Shown piece by piece: positions 25,935 to 26,492 of a stretch of DNA of 26,492 nt (the first letter of the stretch is position 1; each line of letters opens with the position of its first letter). A model generated the notes under the pieces. That model was not told the origin of the DNA, did no database searches, and saw only the letters and a program-made list of their open reading frames with translations. A program made the translations under genes and the position numbers. The stretch comes from a virus. Its lineage: Duplodnaviria; Caudoviricetes. The DNA is taken from positions 1 through 26,492 of IMG/VR virus record IMGVR_UViG_3300023229_000073. One strand, written 5' to 3'.

Positions 25935-26492
25935 AGATCCACTACGGCATTAGTAAATGTGAAGCTGCGTTCTTCCAGTTCTCCGTCGCTACCGTCTAGT
26001 GTGCTAAAAGCGTCAGCATTCACCACTACTGGTCGCCAGAAAGCATTGGTATCTCCATAGTTTCCCTCTCGTATATATACTGCATCACTCTCAGCAAATT
26101 CACGAAGCCCAGGCATCTCGTCAGGATACTTTAATCCCGTACCCAGCTTATACTGGCTTTTGCACGTATGGTTATACGTATATATCTCGCTATCAGACTT
26201 CACGTAGTCATCACGTCCCTGCAGCTGGGCTTCCACACGCTCGTATAAAGCTAGATTAGTGATATGTCCGGTGAAGTAGATTGACTCCCACATACCTCGT
26301 GGATTCCTGTATATGAAGTGCCATGTAAATTCGCTCACTACCGCATCTTTTTCGTAACGCTGTACTTTGCTAGTCAGCGTGGAGCTATTGAGCTGTTGGC
26401 GTGCATACACCGTCACGTAGTCTATAGTCTTAGATTGAGCCGTCTCTATAGTCAGAGCATCATCCCATAGCACCACACACTGGTACACCTCC
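25928..26492 (-). CDS. Probable minor tail/structural protein, 5' end beyond the right edge
   Basis: FIYRNPRGMWESIYFTG...FAESDAVYI...WRPVVV pattern. The frame appears open to the window edge. Confidence 0.55.
   Translation of the reverse strand, partial: EVYQCVVLWDDALTIETAQSKTIDYVTVYARQQLNSSTLTSKVQRYEKDAVVSEFTWHFIYRNPRGMWESIYFTGHITNLALYERVEAQLQGRDDYVKSDSEIYTYNHTCKSQYKLGTGLKYPDEMPGLREFAESDAVYIREGNYGDTNAFWRPVVVNADAFSTLDGSDGELEERSFTFTNAVVDLC

Noticed and set aside
24231-26492. Diversity-generating retroelement or invertible tail locus
   Set aside because: No reverse transcriptase, invertase or TR/VR repeat pair seen in the window.

Overview
About 26.5 kb of a temperate tailed phage whose host is probably a Bacteroidota, judged from TAnnTTTG promoters, the integrase type and a Flavobacteria-like REP. 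It appears to be in the excised/circular form: an intact attP (3' half of tRNA-Pro(UGG), arm repeats on both sides) joins the end of the tail genes to the integrase. Most genes are on the minus strand. Reading right to left: tail genes, attP, integrase, a divergent CI-like repressor, an early operon (excisionase-like HTH, a tRNA-like RNA, small ORFs, DnaG primase-helicase), an AT-rich insert, an iteron-type origin, a candidate late activator, S49 protease, scaffold, major capsid, probable tail tube, a PLD-like protein and the terminase subunits. The large terminase is missing from the ORF track because it runs off the left edge. The strongest candidate for a new system is an integron-like gene-cassette array inside the phage with no integron integrase in the window. 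It has a Pc-like promoter and two attC-like hairpins, and carries a single-chain R-M enzyme, a membrane protein and an inverted ORF, beside the origin. Also notable are a ~111-nt tRNA-mimic RNA, a structured RNA next to attP, and a readable regulatory circuit (a shared operator and a phage-specific late promoter motif). All assignments are by eye; no searches were run.
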